Below are positions 1-10,132 of a stretch of 64,000 nucleotides of DNA, in pieces. Source of the stretch: Candidatus Actinomarinales bacterium (lineage in GTDB: Bacteria > Actinomycetota > Acidimicrobiia > Actinomarinales > Actinomarinaceae); contig SGYR01000001.1 in assembly GCA_004213405.1 (NCBI GenBank), positions 80,859 through 144,858 on the forward strand, given 5' to 3'. The notes under the pieces are model-generated. The model was not told the DNA's origin and ran no database searches. It saw only the letters and a program-made list of their open reading frames with translations. How positions within the stretch are numbered: position 1 is the first letter of the stretch; each line of letters opens with the position of its first letter. Made by a program: the position numbers and the translations under genes.

Positions 1-374
1 TCAATTTGTTCTGAACTAGAGACTGAAAATGGATTCTCATTATGAGGGGTTGTGTAGCTATCTTCAACTACTGGTACATCAGCAAATGGCAATTCTTCTC
101 CTGCAACCATTGAAGATGCTTTGGCTATTTCAAAAGACTTCTTTCCCGCTTGTTTTAAAGATTCAACAGATAAATCATATGTAGAGTAAAAGCCCCAGGA
201 AGAACCTACTAAAGCTCTTATACCAATTCCAATTTTTTCATTTTCATTGAAATTTTCAATTTCGCCATTTTTTGCAGCAATATTTCTAGATTTAGAAATT
301 AGAATACGAGCATCAGCATATTTTGCACCACTGCTTATTGCTGAATCGATACTTAAGTTAATTTCTGAAAACAT
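1..374 (-). CDS. TldD/PmbA-family protein, N-terminal part (gene runs off the window start)
   Basis: Not in the ORF track because it is truncated by the window edge. Reverse complement from ATG 374..372 reads MFSEINLSIDSAISSGAKYADARILISKSRNIAAKNGEIENFNENEKIGIGIRALVGSSWGFYST, a typical TldD/PmbA N-terminus. Confidence 0.6.
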   Translation of the reverse strand, partial: MFSEINLSIDSAISSGAKYADARILISKSRNIAAKNGEIENFNENEKIGIGIRALVGSSWGFYSTYDLSVESLKQAGKKSFEIAKASSMVAGEELPFADVPVVEDSYTTPHNENPFSVSSSEQI

Positions 375-425
375 TTTTAATTCATTTTACACAGGTATAA
401 GGTACATTGTTTGTAATCTTATTGT

Positions 426-977
426 ATGAAACACGTAACAGTTTTTGGCTCATCAAGATGTGTCAAGGGTGACCAGGAGTACATATTTGCAGAAAACATT
501 GGCAACATGCTTGGGAAGCTAGGCCACAATGTTGCTACTGGAGGATACCAAGGGACAATGGAAGCAATTTCAAAAGGCGCTAGTAAGCATGGTGTAAATG
601 TAATTGGAGTGACTGTCCCTTCATTATTTTCTAATATGAGTAAAGATAGTTTTGAAGTTAAGGCAAACGAGTATATTAGCAAAGAAATACAAACAGAAAG
701 TTTGTCTGATAGAATCCACCACTTGCTTGAAAATTCTAAAGCTATTATTGTTCTCCCTGGAAAAATAGGAACTTTAACAGAGCTTATTGTTGCGTGGAAT
801 ACAAATTACTTATATAACATAAGTAATGATAAAGACGTTATACCAATTTTTTTGAAAAAAGACTACTGGAAAGACATTATTGACAATATGCCTGAAGATA
901 TGGAGCTAAGTAACAATTTTTTAGAATATTATGAAAACGTGGGGGATTTAGAAAAATTTATTGAAAAATTACACTAA
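426..977 (+). CDS. LOG-family / TIGR00725-like Rossmann-fold nucleotide-binding protein
   Basis: 183 aa. Has VFGSS...GGYQGTMEA and the [10 protein letters not shown] (PGGxGTxxE-like) motif of the LOG/lysine-decarboxylase-like family. Confidence 0.7.
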   Translation: MKHVTVFGSSRCVKGDQEYIFAENIGNMLGKLGHNVATGGYQGTMEAISKGASKHGVNVIGVTVPSLFSNMSKDSFEVKANEYISKEIQTESLSDRIHHLLENSKAIIVLPGKIGTLTELIVAWNTNYLYNISNDKDVIPIFLKKDYWKDIIDNMPEDMELSNNFLEYYENVGDLEKFIEKLH

Positions 978-2024
978 GTCTTGTTCTCTAATCCCAAAAG
1001 ATGGATGGCGAAGTCTACAAAGAGCTAACTTTTCTAACTGTCTTATTCTTTCACGTGTTAGATCAAATTCTTCACCTATTTCTTCAAGCGTTCTTGGAAC
1101 ACCATCATAAAATCCATATCTCAAAGCTAATATTCTTCCTTCTCTTTCAGGAAGCCTACTAATACTATCTCTAAGGCTTTCCGCTACATCTAAATCCTGA
1201 ACAATTAATGAAGGATCACTAGCATCTTCATCTTGGATAAAATCACCAAGCTGTGCACCGTCTTCACCGACAGGTTGTTCTAAAGAAACTGTATCAGCAA
1301 CACTTAAAGCTAGTTCAACTTTATCAACCCCTACACCTGCTTCTTTAGCAATCTCTTGTGGTTTTGGATCTCTACCCAATTCAGCTTTGAGTTGAGCTTG
1401 TGCCGCACGCACTGCAGCCATTGTGTCATGTAGGTGTACAGGAATTCTTACAGTTCTTGATTTATCAGCAATAGCTCTTGTTATGGCCTGTCTAATCCAC
1501 CAAGTTGCGTAAGTTGAAAATTTAAAACCTTTACGCCAATCGAACTTTTCAACGGCACGTATTAAACCAAGGTTTCCTTCCTGGATTAAATCTAGAAAAT
1601 CTATACCTGAGGTGTTTGCATATCTTCTTGCATTAGCGACAACCAGTCTTAGGTTTGCGGTAAGAAAAGCGTCTTTGGCCTCGGCGCCTTTTTTTCTGTC
1701 TCTTTTTAAACGTATTTCACCTTTTTTATCTTTAAATTGTTTCTTTTGCAACTTTACAGAAGCTTTTTCACCAGATTCAATTTTCTGAGCTAATTCAACT
1801 TCTTGTTCTGCGGTTAGTAAGTCAAAGTTTCCAATCGCAGTTAAATATTGGCTAACTAGGTCTGTAGTAAGTTTTCCTTTATCATCAGCCAATTTTTTTG
1901 TTAGTGATTTTGCTTTTTCACGAGCAGCTTTCTCCTGTTCAGGAGTTAAGCTAGTGTCTTCATTTGAAAAATCTGCTTCTTTAGCCTGTGGTTTTGGCTT
2001 TGAAGGTATTGTTTTAGTCACCAT
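969..2024 (-). CDS. rpoD: RNA polymerase sigma-70 factor, principal (HrdB/RpoD-like)
   Basis: 351 aa with regions 2-4 intact ([43 protein letters not shown]; [21 protein letters not shown]). Lys/Glu-rich N-terminus as in actinobacterial primary sigma factors. Confidence 0.9.
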   Translation of the reverse strand: MVTKTIPSKPKPQAKEADFSNEDTSLTPEQEKAAREKAKSLTKKLADDKGKLTTDLVSQYLTAIGNFDLLTAEQEVELAQKIESGEKASVKLQKKQFKDKKGEIRLKRDRKKGAEAKDAFLTANLRLVVANARRYANTSGIDFLDLIQEGNLGLIRAVEKFDWRKGFKFSTYATWWIRQAITRAIADKSRTVRIPVHLHDTMAAVRAAQAQLKAELGRDPKPQEIAKEAGVGVDKVELALSVADTVSLEQPVGEDGAQLGDFIQDEDASDPSLIVQDLDVAESLRDSISRLPEREGRILALRYGFYDGVPRTLEEIGEEFDLTRERIRQLEKLALCRLRHPSFGIREQDLV

Positions 2025-2087
2025 CAGTATTTTGACCTTTATTCTTGCTATTCAGTTACAGAGATGAATAATATACCGGCAATTAAT

Positions 2088-2978
2088 TTAAAGCGAATTG
2101 ATAAATAAATTATTTTTTGAAAGATCAATGCTTACATATATATAGGAAATCCACAAAAAATCGGCAATTGCTAGGTGCAATATGCTTAAAGGCAGAACTA
2201 TATTGGATAAAACATTTATGACTCCCAGAAATACAGCAATAATTATTAATATTTGTAATGGTTTAACGCCTACATTATATTTTTTTCTAATCCCAGTTGC
2301 ATAAACGTATAAAACTATCGATAGTGTTGAGGAAATAATCGGGTGTAAAATTCTTAATCTGGTCAACACTTCGGATGTTCTGTCAAAATCTGCTAAAAAC
2401 CCTTCAACAAATGAAGTGCTTGGAAATAAGACATCAGCTAAAGCAGTGATTGAGCCAGTTGCTCCACTTAGAAGAAATAAAGAAGAAATTAACAAAAAGT
2501 TTTTGTTGAACATATTTTTTATGTTCTGAAGATCATCTTGGAGTATTTTATATAATATTGCATAACTCCCTAGCAAACCAAAAGTGTTTACTAAATGAAT
2601 TGGAACTGCAATGACTCTTGGGAGTGAACTATTAAGACCTACCCATTCAAAAATGACAATTACTGCTCCGATTAGCGCTTCAAAAATTACGAAAAAAGTA
2701 AGATAATTAGTTACTATTCTTACCAAAGAGTCTTTTTGAAATTTCCTAGTTTTTGCAAAAATTATCAAAGTAACAACTAATAAAACTCCACTTACGGAAC
2801 GATGGGAAAATTCAATTAATTCTGAAGTATCTGATAATGCAGGAATTATCTTTCCTTTACATGTAGGCCAAGTAGCTCCACATCCATCTCCAGACCCGGT
2901 AGCCCTAACAAATGCACCAGCCAAAATTGAAGCTATTGATAATAAAAGACCTGCTTTTGCGTAAGACTCGACTTTCAC
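2088..2978 (-). CDS. ctaA: heme A synthase (COX15/CtaA family)
   Basis: 296 aa polytopic membrane protein with an N-terminal GSGDGCGATWPTC cysteine pair and conserved His residues. Lies near ctaB and ctaCDEFG. Confidence 0.75.
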   Translation of the reverse strand: MKVESYAKAGLLLSIASILAGAFVRATGSGDGCGATWPTCKGKIIPALSDTSELIEFSHRSVSGVLLVVTLIIFAKTRKFQKDSLVRIVTNYLTFFVIFEALIGAVIVIFEWVGLNSSLPRVIAVPIHLVNTFGLLGSYAILYKILQDDLQNIKNMFNKNFLLISSLFLLSGATGSITALADVLFPSTSFVEGFLADFDRTSEVLTRLRILHPIISSTLSIVLYVYATGIRKKYNVGVKPLQILIIIAVFLGVINVLSNIVLPLSILHLAIADFLWISYIYVSIDLSKNNLFINSL

Positions 2979-3577
2979 AGTAAATTATCTAAAAATGTTC
3001 TAAGTGAATCCCAAAATAAGGAGAATGAATTATAAATAACAATACAAAGCACCAGAAGCAAAGCTGTTGTTTTGAGATTTCGAGTGAAATAAAAACCAAT
3101 TTGTTTTTGATCATATATATATGGCTCTTCATCGGAAAACTCAAGGAGGTTAGTAGTTTGTAGGGGTTTTGTAAGATATTCTTCTAAAGTTTCTTCTTTT
3201 ACCTCAGAAACCTCAACTGATTCATAATCAAAATCATTAAGTGTTGATTCTTTTCTTTGGAAGGTATTTCGAAGTTTATCTATTCTAGTTTGTTTAATTT
3301 GCACATCATCATTTTTTATTGAGAAGAGACTTTCTTCAGTTAATAATGAACCTACTTCTTTTAATTGTTCCGTTGAGAACCCATCAAGCGTATGTGTTAT
3401 TTCGGTACCTAACAATCCTTCAAGAGCATTAATAATTTTTTTATCCGTAGGAAAACTCGTTCCAGCTTCCCATTGCTTAACATCTTTTACTTTTACCCCT
3501 GTAAAAGAAGCAATCTGTTTATTACTTAAGCCCCTATCCGCTTTAAGTCTTTTAAATTCTATTTGAAAATTATTCAT
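2975..3577 (-). CDS. XRE-type helix-turn-helix protein with C-terminal membrane anchor
   Basis: I start it at internal ATG 3577..3575 (MNNFQIEFKRLKADRGLSNKQIASFTGVKVKDVKQWEAG...), because the track's longer ORF (to 3715) runs through the tRNA-Sec gene. Acidic linker, then a single TM (TTALLLVLCIVIYNSFSLFW). Its stop overlaps the ctaA start by 4 nt. Confidence 0.6.
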   Translation of the reverse strand: MNNFQIEFKRLKADRGLSNKQIASFTGVKVKDVKQWEAGTSFPTDKKIINALEGLLGTEITHTLDGFSTEQLKEVGSLLTEESLFSIKNDDVQIKQTRIDKLRNTFQRKESTLNDFDYESVEVSEVKEETLEEYLTKPLQTTNLLEFSDEEPYIYDQKQIGFYFTRNLKTTALLLVLCIVIYNSFSLFWDSLRTFLDNLL

Positions 3578-3628
3578 TACTTTAATTCTATTCAATATAA
3601 TTTTTTTTATATAACTAGTCTTAAGTAC

Positions 3629-3720
3629 GGAGGTGAATGAGCGCCTGGTGGGCTCCACAGTCTTCAAAACTGTTGAAAGGTGTAAAAGTCTTTGGCAGGT
3701 TCGATTCCTGTCCACCTCCG
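3629..3720 (+). tRNA. selC: tRNA-Sec (anticodon TCA)
   Basis: GGAGGTG...CACCTCC acceptor. Anticodon arm ACAGT-CTTCAAA-ACTGT, so anticodon TCA. Long variable arm (AAAGGT/GTCTTT stem). T arm GGCAGG-TTCGATT-CCTGTC. Acceptor plus T stems total 13 bp, as in bacterial tRNA-Sec. About 92 nt with no encoded CCA. Confidence 0.85.
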
Positions 3721-3755
3721 CTACTTTATAAGATATACATGTTTAATATAGAAAA

Positions 3756-4085
3756 ATGGCAGAAGAAAAAAGCTTATTAGATGAGGTGCAAGAAGCACCT
3801 GCTGGATTCAAGGTTTCTCCAGGTTGGAGAGTTGGTCACTTAAAAGAAGAGACAATTACTAAGTCAGGGCTTCTTGTACCAGCTGGTAGTGAAAAAACTT
3901 CAGAAGCACTTCCTCTTATTGATGTTGATACAGGACAGCAGTTCTGGGCTGTAGCTAGTGGTGCATGGAAATTTATCTGGCCTCCAACTGGAAAAGTAGT
4001 TTTAGCTGTTAGAGAATCTCAAATTATTGCTGAAGAAGAGCTTTCAAAATCTTCTGAAAATGGCCAATTACCTATAATGAAATAA
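3756..4085 (+). CDS. hypothetical protein, possibly a divergent Cpn10/GroES-like fold
   Basis: 109 aa. The segment KEETITKSGLLVPAGSEKTSEA resembles the GroES mobile-loop region, and the tail VVLAVRESQIIAEE resembles the GroES C-terminus. The similarity is weak and judged by eye only. Confidence 0.35.
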   Translation: MAEEKSLLDEVQEAPAGFKVSPGWRVGHLKEETITKSGLLVPAGSEKTSEALPLIDVDTGQQFWAVASGAWKFIWPPTGKVVLAVRESQIIAEEELSKSSENGQLPIMK

Positions 4086-5405
4086 TTGAATCAAAGAAAT
4101 AATCCAAACCAATCAGACAGAAGGCTTCTAACAGTATCTGATAGAGATATCTTTGTCACTACTCAAAAAGCATTATTAATTGGAATAGTCTTAAAAAATG
4201 AAATAAGAGCTGACAAGGAAGAGTCTCTTAAAGAGCTTGTTAATTTAGTAAAAACTGCTGGATCAAATCCAAAAATAATCCAGACAAAAAGGGTTGAAAA
4301 AATTGATCCTAAAACTTTTATTGGTAAAGGTTCTATAAAAGAATTGGTAGATATCTCAGATGCAAATGATATTGATGTGGTTTTATTTGATTGCGAATTA
4401 ACTCCAAATCAACAAAAAGAATTGAGAGCTTTATTCAAGTGTGATGTGGTAGACAGGACTGGTCTTATCCTTGATATATTTGCACTTCATGCTCAGTCAA
4501 AGGAAGCCAGCTTACAAGTTGAATTAGCTTTATCAATTTACTTAAAACCACGTTTAGCTGGCTTAGGTAAAACTTTGAATCAGCAGGGCGGTGGTATAGG
4601 AACAAGAGGACCTGGTGAAACAAAGCTTGAAACAGACAATAGATTAATTGATAACAGAATTAATAAATTAAAAAGGGAAATTAAAAAAGTTAGTAAACAA
4701 AGAGAAGTGCAATCTAGCTTTAGAAAGAAAAATAATACACCCCTTGTGTCAATTGTTGGTTATACGAATGCAGGAAAATCTACCATGCTAGAAAAAATTA
4801 CGTCTTCGAAAACATATGTAGCTAATGAGTTATTTGCAACTGTTGATTCTTTACAAAGAGAGTTAAAAATTGATGGAATAAATGAACACATAATACTCTC
4901 GGATACAGTTGGGTTTATTCAAAATCTTCCAACAACATTGATCGAATCTTTTAAATCAACACTTACAGTTGTTAAAGAAGCAAATTTATTAATTCATGTT
5001 GTTGACGCAGCATCTGCAATGCCCGAAATGCACATAAATACTGTACATGAAATACTAGACCAGATTGAAGCAGATGTGCCTGAAATATTGGTTTTTAACA
5101 AAATAGATAGAATTGACAAGGCGTCTTTAAATTATTTAACGGAAAAATATCCAGATGCAATATTTGTATCATCAACAAAAGGGACGAATATTGAAAAATT
5201 AATTTCTGAGATTACAACAAATGTCTTTGGTGATCTAAATGAAGTTTCGCTTATAATATCGCCTAAGGACTTGGATCAACTACACAAGTATTCTTCTATC
5301 GTAAGTGTTAAAAATGTTGAAGAGGGGTTAGAAGTAATTGTAGAAATTAGAAATTATTACCTAGAAAATCTGCTTCAAAAAGATGTTGTTAAACTTTTAT
5401 CATGA
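4086..5405 (+). CDS. hflX: GTPase HflX
   Basis: 439 aa. HflX N-domain motif GPGETKLETDNR, followed by G1 GYTNAGKST, DTVGF and NKID. TTG start directly after the previous stop. Confidence 0.9.
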   Translation: MNQRNNPNQSDRRLLTVSDRDIFVTTQKALLIGIVLKNEIRADKEESLKELVNLVKTAGSNPKIIQTKRVEKIDPKTFIGKGSIKELVDISDANDIDVVLFDCELTPNQQKELRALFKCDVVDRTGLILDIFALHAQSKEASLQVELALSIYLKPRLAGLGKTLNQQGGGIGTRGPGETKLETDNRLIDNRINKLKREIKKVSKQREVQSSFRKKNNTPLVSIVGYTNAGKSTMLEKITSSKTYVANELFATVDSLQRELKIDGINEHIILSDTVGFIQNLPTTLIESFKSTLTVVKEANLLIHVVDAASAMPEMHINTVHEILDQIEADVPEILVFNKIDRIDKASLNYLTEKYPDAIFVSSTKGTNIEKLISEITTNVFGDLNEVSLIISPKDLDQLHKYSSIVSVKNVEEGLEVIVEIRNYYLENLLQKDVVKLLS

Positions 5406-6754
5406 CTAAATCTATTGGTTTAATTGGTATTGGGGTAATGGGTAGCAATATTGCTCTTAATTTTTCTGAAAAGGGCACGTCTGTTCACGTATTTAATCAA
5501 TCTGAAGATAAGATTAATACTCTTAAAGAGAAAGACTCTCATGGGAACATTACTGGTTCTACTGACCTTGAGAATTTTATGGAATCTTTACCAAAACCAA
5601 GAAAAATTCTTATGCTAATTCCGTCTGGTAAACCAACATTCGATATGGCAAAAAAAGTAATTAACTATCTCGAACCAAATGACATATTGATTGACGGAGG
5701 TAATGCATACTATCTTGACAGCAACAGACTGGGTTCTCTGTGTGCTGAGAAAGAGATAGATTTTATAGGAATGGGTGTTTCGGGAGGAGAAGAGGGTGCA
5801 AGAAATGGCCCGGCCTTAATGATTGGTTCAGAGAAATCAATTAATAATGAATTAAAAAATTCTTTATCTTCAATAGCTGCGAGATATGAAAACTCACTAA
5901 GTGTTGGATTTTATAAAGGTTATGGAACTGGCCATTTTATTAAAATGCTTCATAACGGTATTGAGTATGCTGAAATGCAAATTATTACTGAGGCTTACCA
6001 TATTTTAAAAAGAGCAAACTATACCAATATTGAGATAAGTGAGTTTTTCAAGGAATTTTCTAAACAAAACAGATCTTCATACTTAATTGAAATAACTTCA
6101 GAAATTTTATTAAAGAAAAACGATTCAGGGTATTTACTTGATCAAATACAATCTACTGCAAATCATAAAGGAACAGGCAAACTAACTGTTGAGACATCAC
6201 TTAACTATGGTTTTCCATTGCCTAGTGTCTTTGAAGCATTCAATGCAAGAGTAGAGAGTAACTATGAAAACTTATGGTCAAAAAATATTGATGGACAGTT
6301 AATAGATATTTCTTCTGAATCTTTAAACAATGCAATATATTTTGCAAGACTAGCAACAATGATTCAAGGTTTGCTCTTTATCCAGCATGTGAGTAACAAA
6401 GAGCAATTAGATATAGATTTGAAAGAGGTCTTGCAGAATTGGTCAGCTGGTTGCATTATTAGATCTGACCTTCTAAATGAATTGGGTAATGCAAAGCTGT
6501 TGAACCCTGTTACTACAACCTCTTCTATTCAAGATCTATTGCAGAATAATCTCAGTGATGCAAAAGAAGTAATCAAATCGTGCATTGATAGCGGTATCTC
6601 AATTCCTGTTATAAATTCTTCATACAACTGGTTCGTAGGAACATCAAGTACATTTAATCCCTCTGCTTTAATTCAAGCTCAAAGAGATTATTTCGGTGCG
6701 CATCAAGTGCAATTTAAAAATTCTGACGAATTTATCCACCTGGACTGGGATTGA
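5402..6754 (+). CDS. gnd: 6-phosphogluconate dehydrogenase (decarboxylating)
   Basis: 450 aa. N-terminal IGLIGIGVMGSNIALN Rossmann motif, GMGVSGGEEGARNGPALMIG, and HNGIEYAEMQ. Confidence 0.85.
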   Translation: MTKSIGLIGIGVMGSNIALNFSEKGTSVHVFNQSEDKINTLKEKDSHGNITGSTDLENFMESLPKPRKILMLIPSGKPTFDMAKKVINYLEPNDILIDGGNAYYLDSNRLGSLCAEKEIDFIGMGVSGGEEGARNGPALMIGSEKSINNELKNSLSSIAARYENSLSVGFYKGYGTGHFIKMLHNGIEYAEMQIITEAYHILKRANYTNIEISEFFKEFSKQNRSSYLIEITSEILLKKNDSGYLLDQIQSTANHKGTGKLTVETSLNYGFPLPSVFEAFNARVESNYENLWSKNIDGQLIDISSESLNNAIYFARLATMIQGLLFIQHVSNKEQLDIDLKEVLQNWSAGCIIRSDLLNELGNAKLLNPVTTTSSIQDLLQNNLSDAKEVIKSCIDSGISIPVINSSYNWFVGTSSTFNPSALIQAQRDYFGAHQVQFKNSDEFIHLDWD

Positions 6755-6779
6755 TTTAAATTCTTACTAATATTTTTAA

Positions 6780-9293
6780 ATGAATGAAAACATTAGACTA
6801 CCAAAAATAGCAATACCTCACAGATACGAAATCAATCTAGATATTAACTTAGATGAATTTAGCTACACGGGCAAAGAAGTTGTTTTCTTGGAAATAGTTG
6901 ATGAAACAAAAGAATTACAACTTCACTCACTAGGAATTGAAATAGAAAATGCTTTTATAGAAAATGACTCAGGTGAACATATTGAGGCTTCAATTAATTA
7001 TTTACCTGAAGAAGAGAGAGTTTCACTTATTTTCGAAGATAAAATTACTCAAGGAGATTGGCAACTTTATCTTGATTTCAAAGCCACAATAGTTGATGAA
7101 TTAAGAGGGTTTTACAGAAGTAGCTTTAAAGATTCAAAAAATAAAGATGTTTGGATTGCGACTACTCAATTCGAACCAACAGCAGCGAGAATGGCATTTC
7201 CTTGTTGGGATGAGCCAGAATTCAAAGCTATATTTTCCATAGCTTTAACCTCAGACAGTGATTTGATAAGAATTAGTAATGAAAAAGTGTTGAATGAATC
7301 AACTGAAAACAATAGAACTACAACTAAGTTTGTTGACTCTATGAGAATGTCAACATACCTAGTAGCTTTTGTTGTTGGTAAATTAGAAGTTTCTAAGATA
7401 GGATCTTCAAAAACAACTGATGTAGGAATAGTGCATAGGCCAGGTTTTTCTGACCAAACTAATTTTGCTGGCACAGCTGCAATAAAAATTCTGGATTTCT
7501 TTGAGGATTACTACGGGATAAATTATCCAGGATCAAAATTAGATCTTATAGCAATACCTGATTTTGCTATGGGTGCAATGGAAAATGTTGGGGCCGTTAC
7601 TTTTCGAGAAACGCTACTACTTATTGAAGTAGAAAAAGCAACAAGAGCAGAGTTATCAAGGTCTGTTGAAGTAATTGCTCACGAATTGGCTCATATGTGG
7701 TTTGGAGACTTAGTAACCATGAACTGGTGGGATGGTATTTGGCTAAATGAAGCATTTGCAAGTTTAATGGAAGTTATAGCTTCTGAAGCAACTTACCCCG
7801 AGTTTAAATTATGGAATCAGATGAACCTAGACAGGTCAAGAGGGTTTGGAGTTGACTCATTGAAGTCTTCAAGACCAGTTGAGTTTGAAGTAAAAACTCC
7901 AGAACAAGCAGAAGAAATGTTTGATGTATTAACCTATCAAAAAGGTTCTACCGTACTCAGGATGTTTGAAACATTTATAGGTGAAGAAACTTTTAAGGAT
8001 GGTGTGAGAAAATATCTTAAAAAATATGAGTATAAAAATACACACTCTTCTGACCTTTGGAACGAACTTACAAGTGCAAGTTCTTATAACCTTAGTGAAA
8101 TTCTTCCTACATGGATACAACAAGAAGGGTATCCAATTGTAAATATCGAAAAAGAAGGTTCCAGTTTTAAAATATCTCAAAAGAAATATTTGATTGATGG
8201 AAGCACCGACGGGTCTCTTTGGAGTGTGCCCTTGAATATTAGATTCTTGGATAACGGTAAAGTTAATAAATTAGTTATGGATTCTGATTCAATCACGATT
8301 GAAAATGATGGTGCAATTCCTTTTATAAATAATGGTGGTTGGTCATTTTTTCACTCATCATATAGTGAAGATATCTTTGAAGAAATATTATTAAATTTTG
8401 AAAAACTTGACTTAAACGAAAAATATAGAATTTTAGAAGATTCTTGGATGGCATTGCGAATAGGTGAGTTGAAGCTATCACTTTTTATCAAACTTTTAAA
8501 CTTATATACAGGCGAAAAAGATATAAATATTTGGTCATTAATTAGTGGCATCTTTTCTACCTTTGCAAAAATTGGAGAAAATGATAGTTTTAAAAATTAT
8601 GTTAAAGATTTTAGCTATCCGTTAATAGAAACTCTAGGAAAAGAGTACCAAGATAAATTTAATCAAGAAGAATCCCAGTTAAGATCCTTGCTGTGTGGAA
8701 CTTATGCAAAGATAACTGAAGATTCAAAATTCATTGAATTTTTTGCAAATCAATTTATTTCAAATGAATATGAAGAATACGCTGATGGTAATTATTTTAA
8801 TTTAGTGTTATCAATTGCTGGAATGAAACAAGAGTGTTCCTCAGAAATATATATTGAAAAGTTTAAAAATTCATCATCACCCCAAATAGAAGCAAGATAT
8901 AGAGGGATCATCGGTACATTAAGTGACCCTGTTACTCCAAAAAATGTAATTGGAGCAATTTTGGATCAAACAATCAGAGGAGCAGATGCCCCTTATATAA
9001 TCGCTACTTTACTTTCAAATAGTAAGAATGCTTCTAATGGGTTTAAAGAAATAAAAAATAATTGGAGTGCCTTGCTCGAATTAATGCCTGGGTGGACAGC
9101 ATCACGAATACTTGATTCACTGCCATCAATATATGACAAATTACTGAGTGAAGAAATTAAATCTTTTGTTAATGAAAATCCACTTCCATCAGCCGAAAAA
9201 ATAACAAGGCAAAATATTGAGCGAATGGATGCGAATATAAAATTTAAAAACACAATAAAGGATGAGTTTATTAATACTAAATTTGAACTGTAA
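6780..9293 (+). CDS. pepN: aminopeptidase N (M1 family)
   Basis: 837 aa. GAMEN exopeptidase motif and HELAHMWFGDLVT...WLNEAFAS zinc site (HExxH-x18-E). Confidence 0.9.
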   Translation: MNENIRLPKIAIPHRYEINLDINLDEFSYTGKEVVFLEIVDETKELQLHSLGIEIENAFIENDSGEHIEASINYLPEEERVSLIFEDKITQGDWQLYLDFKATIVDELRGFYRSSFKDSKNKDVWIATTQFEPTAARMAFPCWDEPEFKAIFSIALTSDSDLIRISNEKVLNESTENNRTTTKFVDSMRMSTYLVAFVVGKLEVSKIGSSKTTDVGIVHRPGFSDQTNFAGTAAIKILDFFEDYYGINYPGSKLDLIAIPDFAMGAMENVGAVTFRETLLLIEVEKATRAELSRSVEVIAHELAHMWFGDLVTMNWWDGIWLNEAFASLMEVIASEATYPEFKLWNQMNLDRSRGFGVDSLKSSRPVEFEVKTPEQAEEMFDVLTYQKGSTVLRMFETFIGEETFKDGVRKYLKKYEYKNTHSSDLWNELTSASSYNLSEILPTWIQQEGYPIVNIEKEGSSFKISQKKYLIDGSTDGSLWSVPLNIRFLDNGKVNKLVMDSDSITIENDGAIPFINNGGWSFFHSSYSEDIFEEILLNFEKLDLNEKYRILEDSWMALRIGELKLSLFIKLLNLYTGEKDINIWSLISGIFSTFAKIGENDSFKNYVKDFSYPLIETLGKEYQDKFNQEESQLRSLLCGTYAKITEDSKFIEFFANQFISNEYEEYADGNYFNLVLSIAGMKQECSSEIYIEKFKNSSSPQIEARYRGIIGTLSDPVTPKNVIGAILDQTIRGADAPYIIATLLSNSKNASNGFKEIKNNWSALLELMPGWTASRILDSLPSIYDKLLSEEIKSFVNENPLPSAEKITRQNIERMDANIKFKNTIKDEFINTKFEL

Positions 9294-9304
9294 GGAGAAT
9301 AATT

Positions 9305-10120
9305 ATGAAACCAAGAATAGCTGTATTTTTACAACCACAACATGCTGAGTATGATCAGATAAGGGCTGCTGCAATCGAGTCCGAAAAAATAGGTGCAGAT
9401 GTAATTTACAATTGGGATCATTTTTACCCCTTATACAAAGAAGATGGAACCCAGTGGGCTGAAGGAGAAAGGCGTGAAGGTAAACATTTTGAATGCTGGA
9501 CAATGCTTTCAAGTTGGGCAGAGGTAACAAGCTCTGTCGAGATAGGTCCTTTAGTAACATGTAACTCGTATAGAAATCCAGAACTACTTGCTGATATGGC
9601 TAGAACTGTTGACCATATATCAGATGGTAGATTAATTTTTGGAATAGGTTCAGGCTGGTTTGAACAAGACTATGAAGAGTATGGTTATGAATTTGGCACT
9701 GCAATATGGAGGTTAAAAGAATTAGAAAAATCACTCGAAAGAATTGTAAACAGAATGGGGAAACTCGATCCTCAACCTAAACGAAAAATTCCTATTCTTA
9801 TCGGTGGTGGTGGAGAAAAAGTTACTTTAAGATTAGTTGCTCAATATGCAGATATATGGCATGGGTTTGCCACAAAAACTGAAGAAAGAAGTGGGATTGA
9901 AACAGTCGCACACAAAAATAATGTACTAAATGACTGGTGTGACAAAGTTGGAAGAGATCCAAATGAAATCAAAAGATCAATTGGAATTGATATAAAAAGA
10001 ATAGATTTGGCAGATGATTTGCTAGAAGCTGGTGCAACTGAAATTACGCTTGCTGTGAATGGGCCAGGATATGACCTCACACAAGTAAAAGAGTGGATTG
10101 CATGGAGAGACTCTAAATAG
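9305..10120 (+). CDS. LLM-class (luciferase-like) F420-dependent oxidoreductase
   Basis: 271 aa. Pattern of the Rv1855c-type LLM family (GADVIYNWDHFYPL..., GRLIFGIGSGWFEQDYEEYGYEF, IPILIGGGGEKVTLRLVAQYADIWH). Confidence 0.7.
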   Translation: MKPRIAVFLQPQHAEYDQIRAAAIESEKIGADVIYNWDHFYPLYKEDGTQWAEGERREGKHFECWTMLSSWAEVTSSVEIGPLVTCNSYRNPELLADMARTVDHISDGRLIFGIGSGWFEQDYEEYGYEFGTAIWRLKELEKSLERIVNRMGKLDPQPKRKIPILIGGGGEKVTLRLVAQYADIWHGFATKTEERSGIETVAHKNNVLNDWCDKVGRDPNEIKRSIGIDIKRIDLADDLLEAGATEITLAVNGPGYDLTQVKEWIAWRDSK

Positions 10121-10132
10121 AAAATTGAAATC

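Noticed and set aside
247-429. 60-aa plus-strand ORF
   Set aside because: It lies antisense to the clearly homologous TldD/PmbA N-terminus and has a low-complexity, Ile/Phe-rich composition. It is a shadow ORF.
3578-3715. N-terminal 46 codons of the tracked ORF 2975..3715 (MDRNRTCQRLLHLSTVLKTVEPTRRSFTSVLKTSY...)
   Set aside because: This stretch is the antisense of the tRNA-Sec gene and its flank. The HTH domain begins cleanly at the internal ATG 3577, so the extension is an ORF-calling artefact.
7166-9253. Several minus-strand ORFs inside pepN (7166..7474, 7929..8180, 8351..8551, 8993..9253)
   Set aside because: They are antisense shadows of a well-supported 837-aa M1 aminopeptidase and contain no recognisable motifs.
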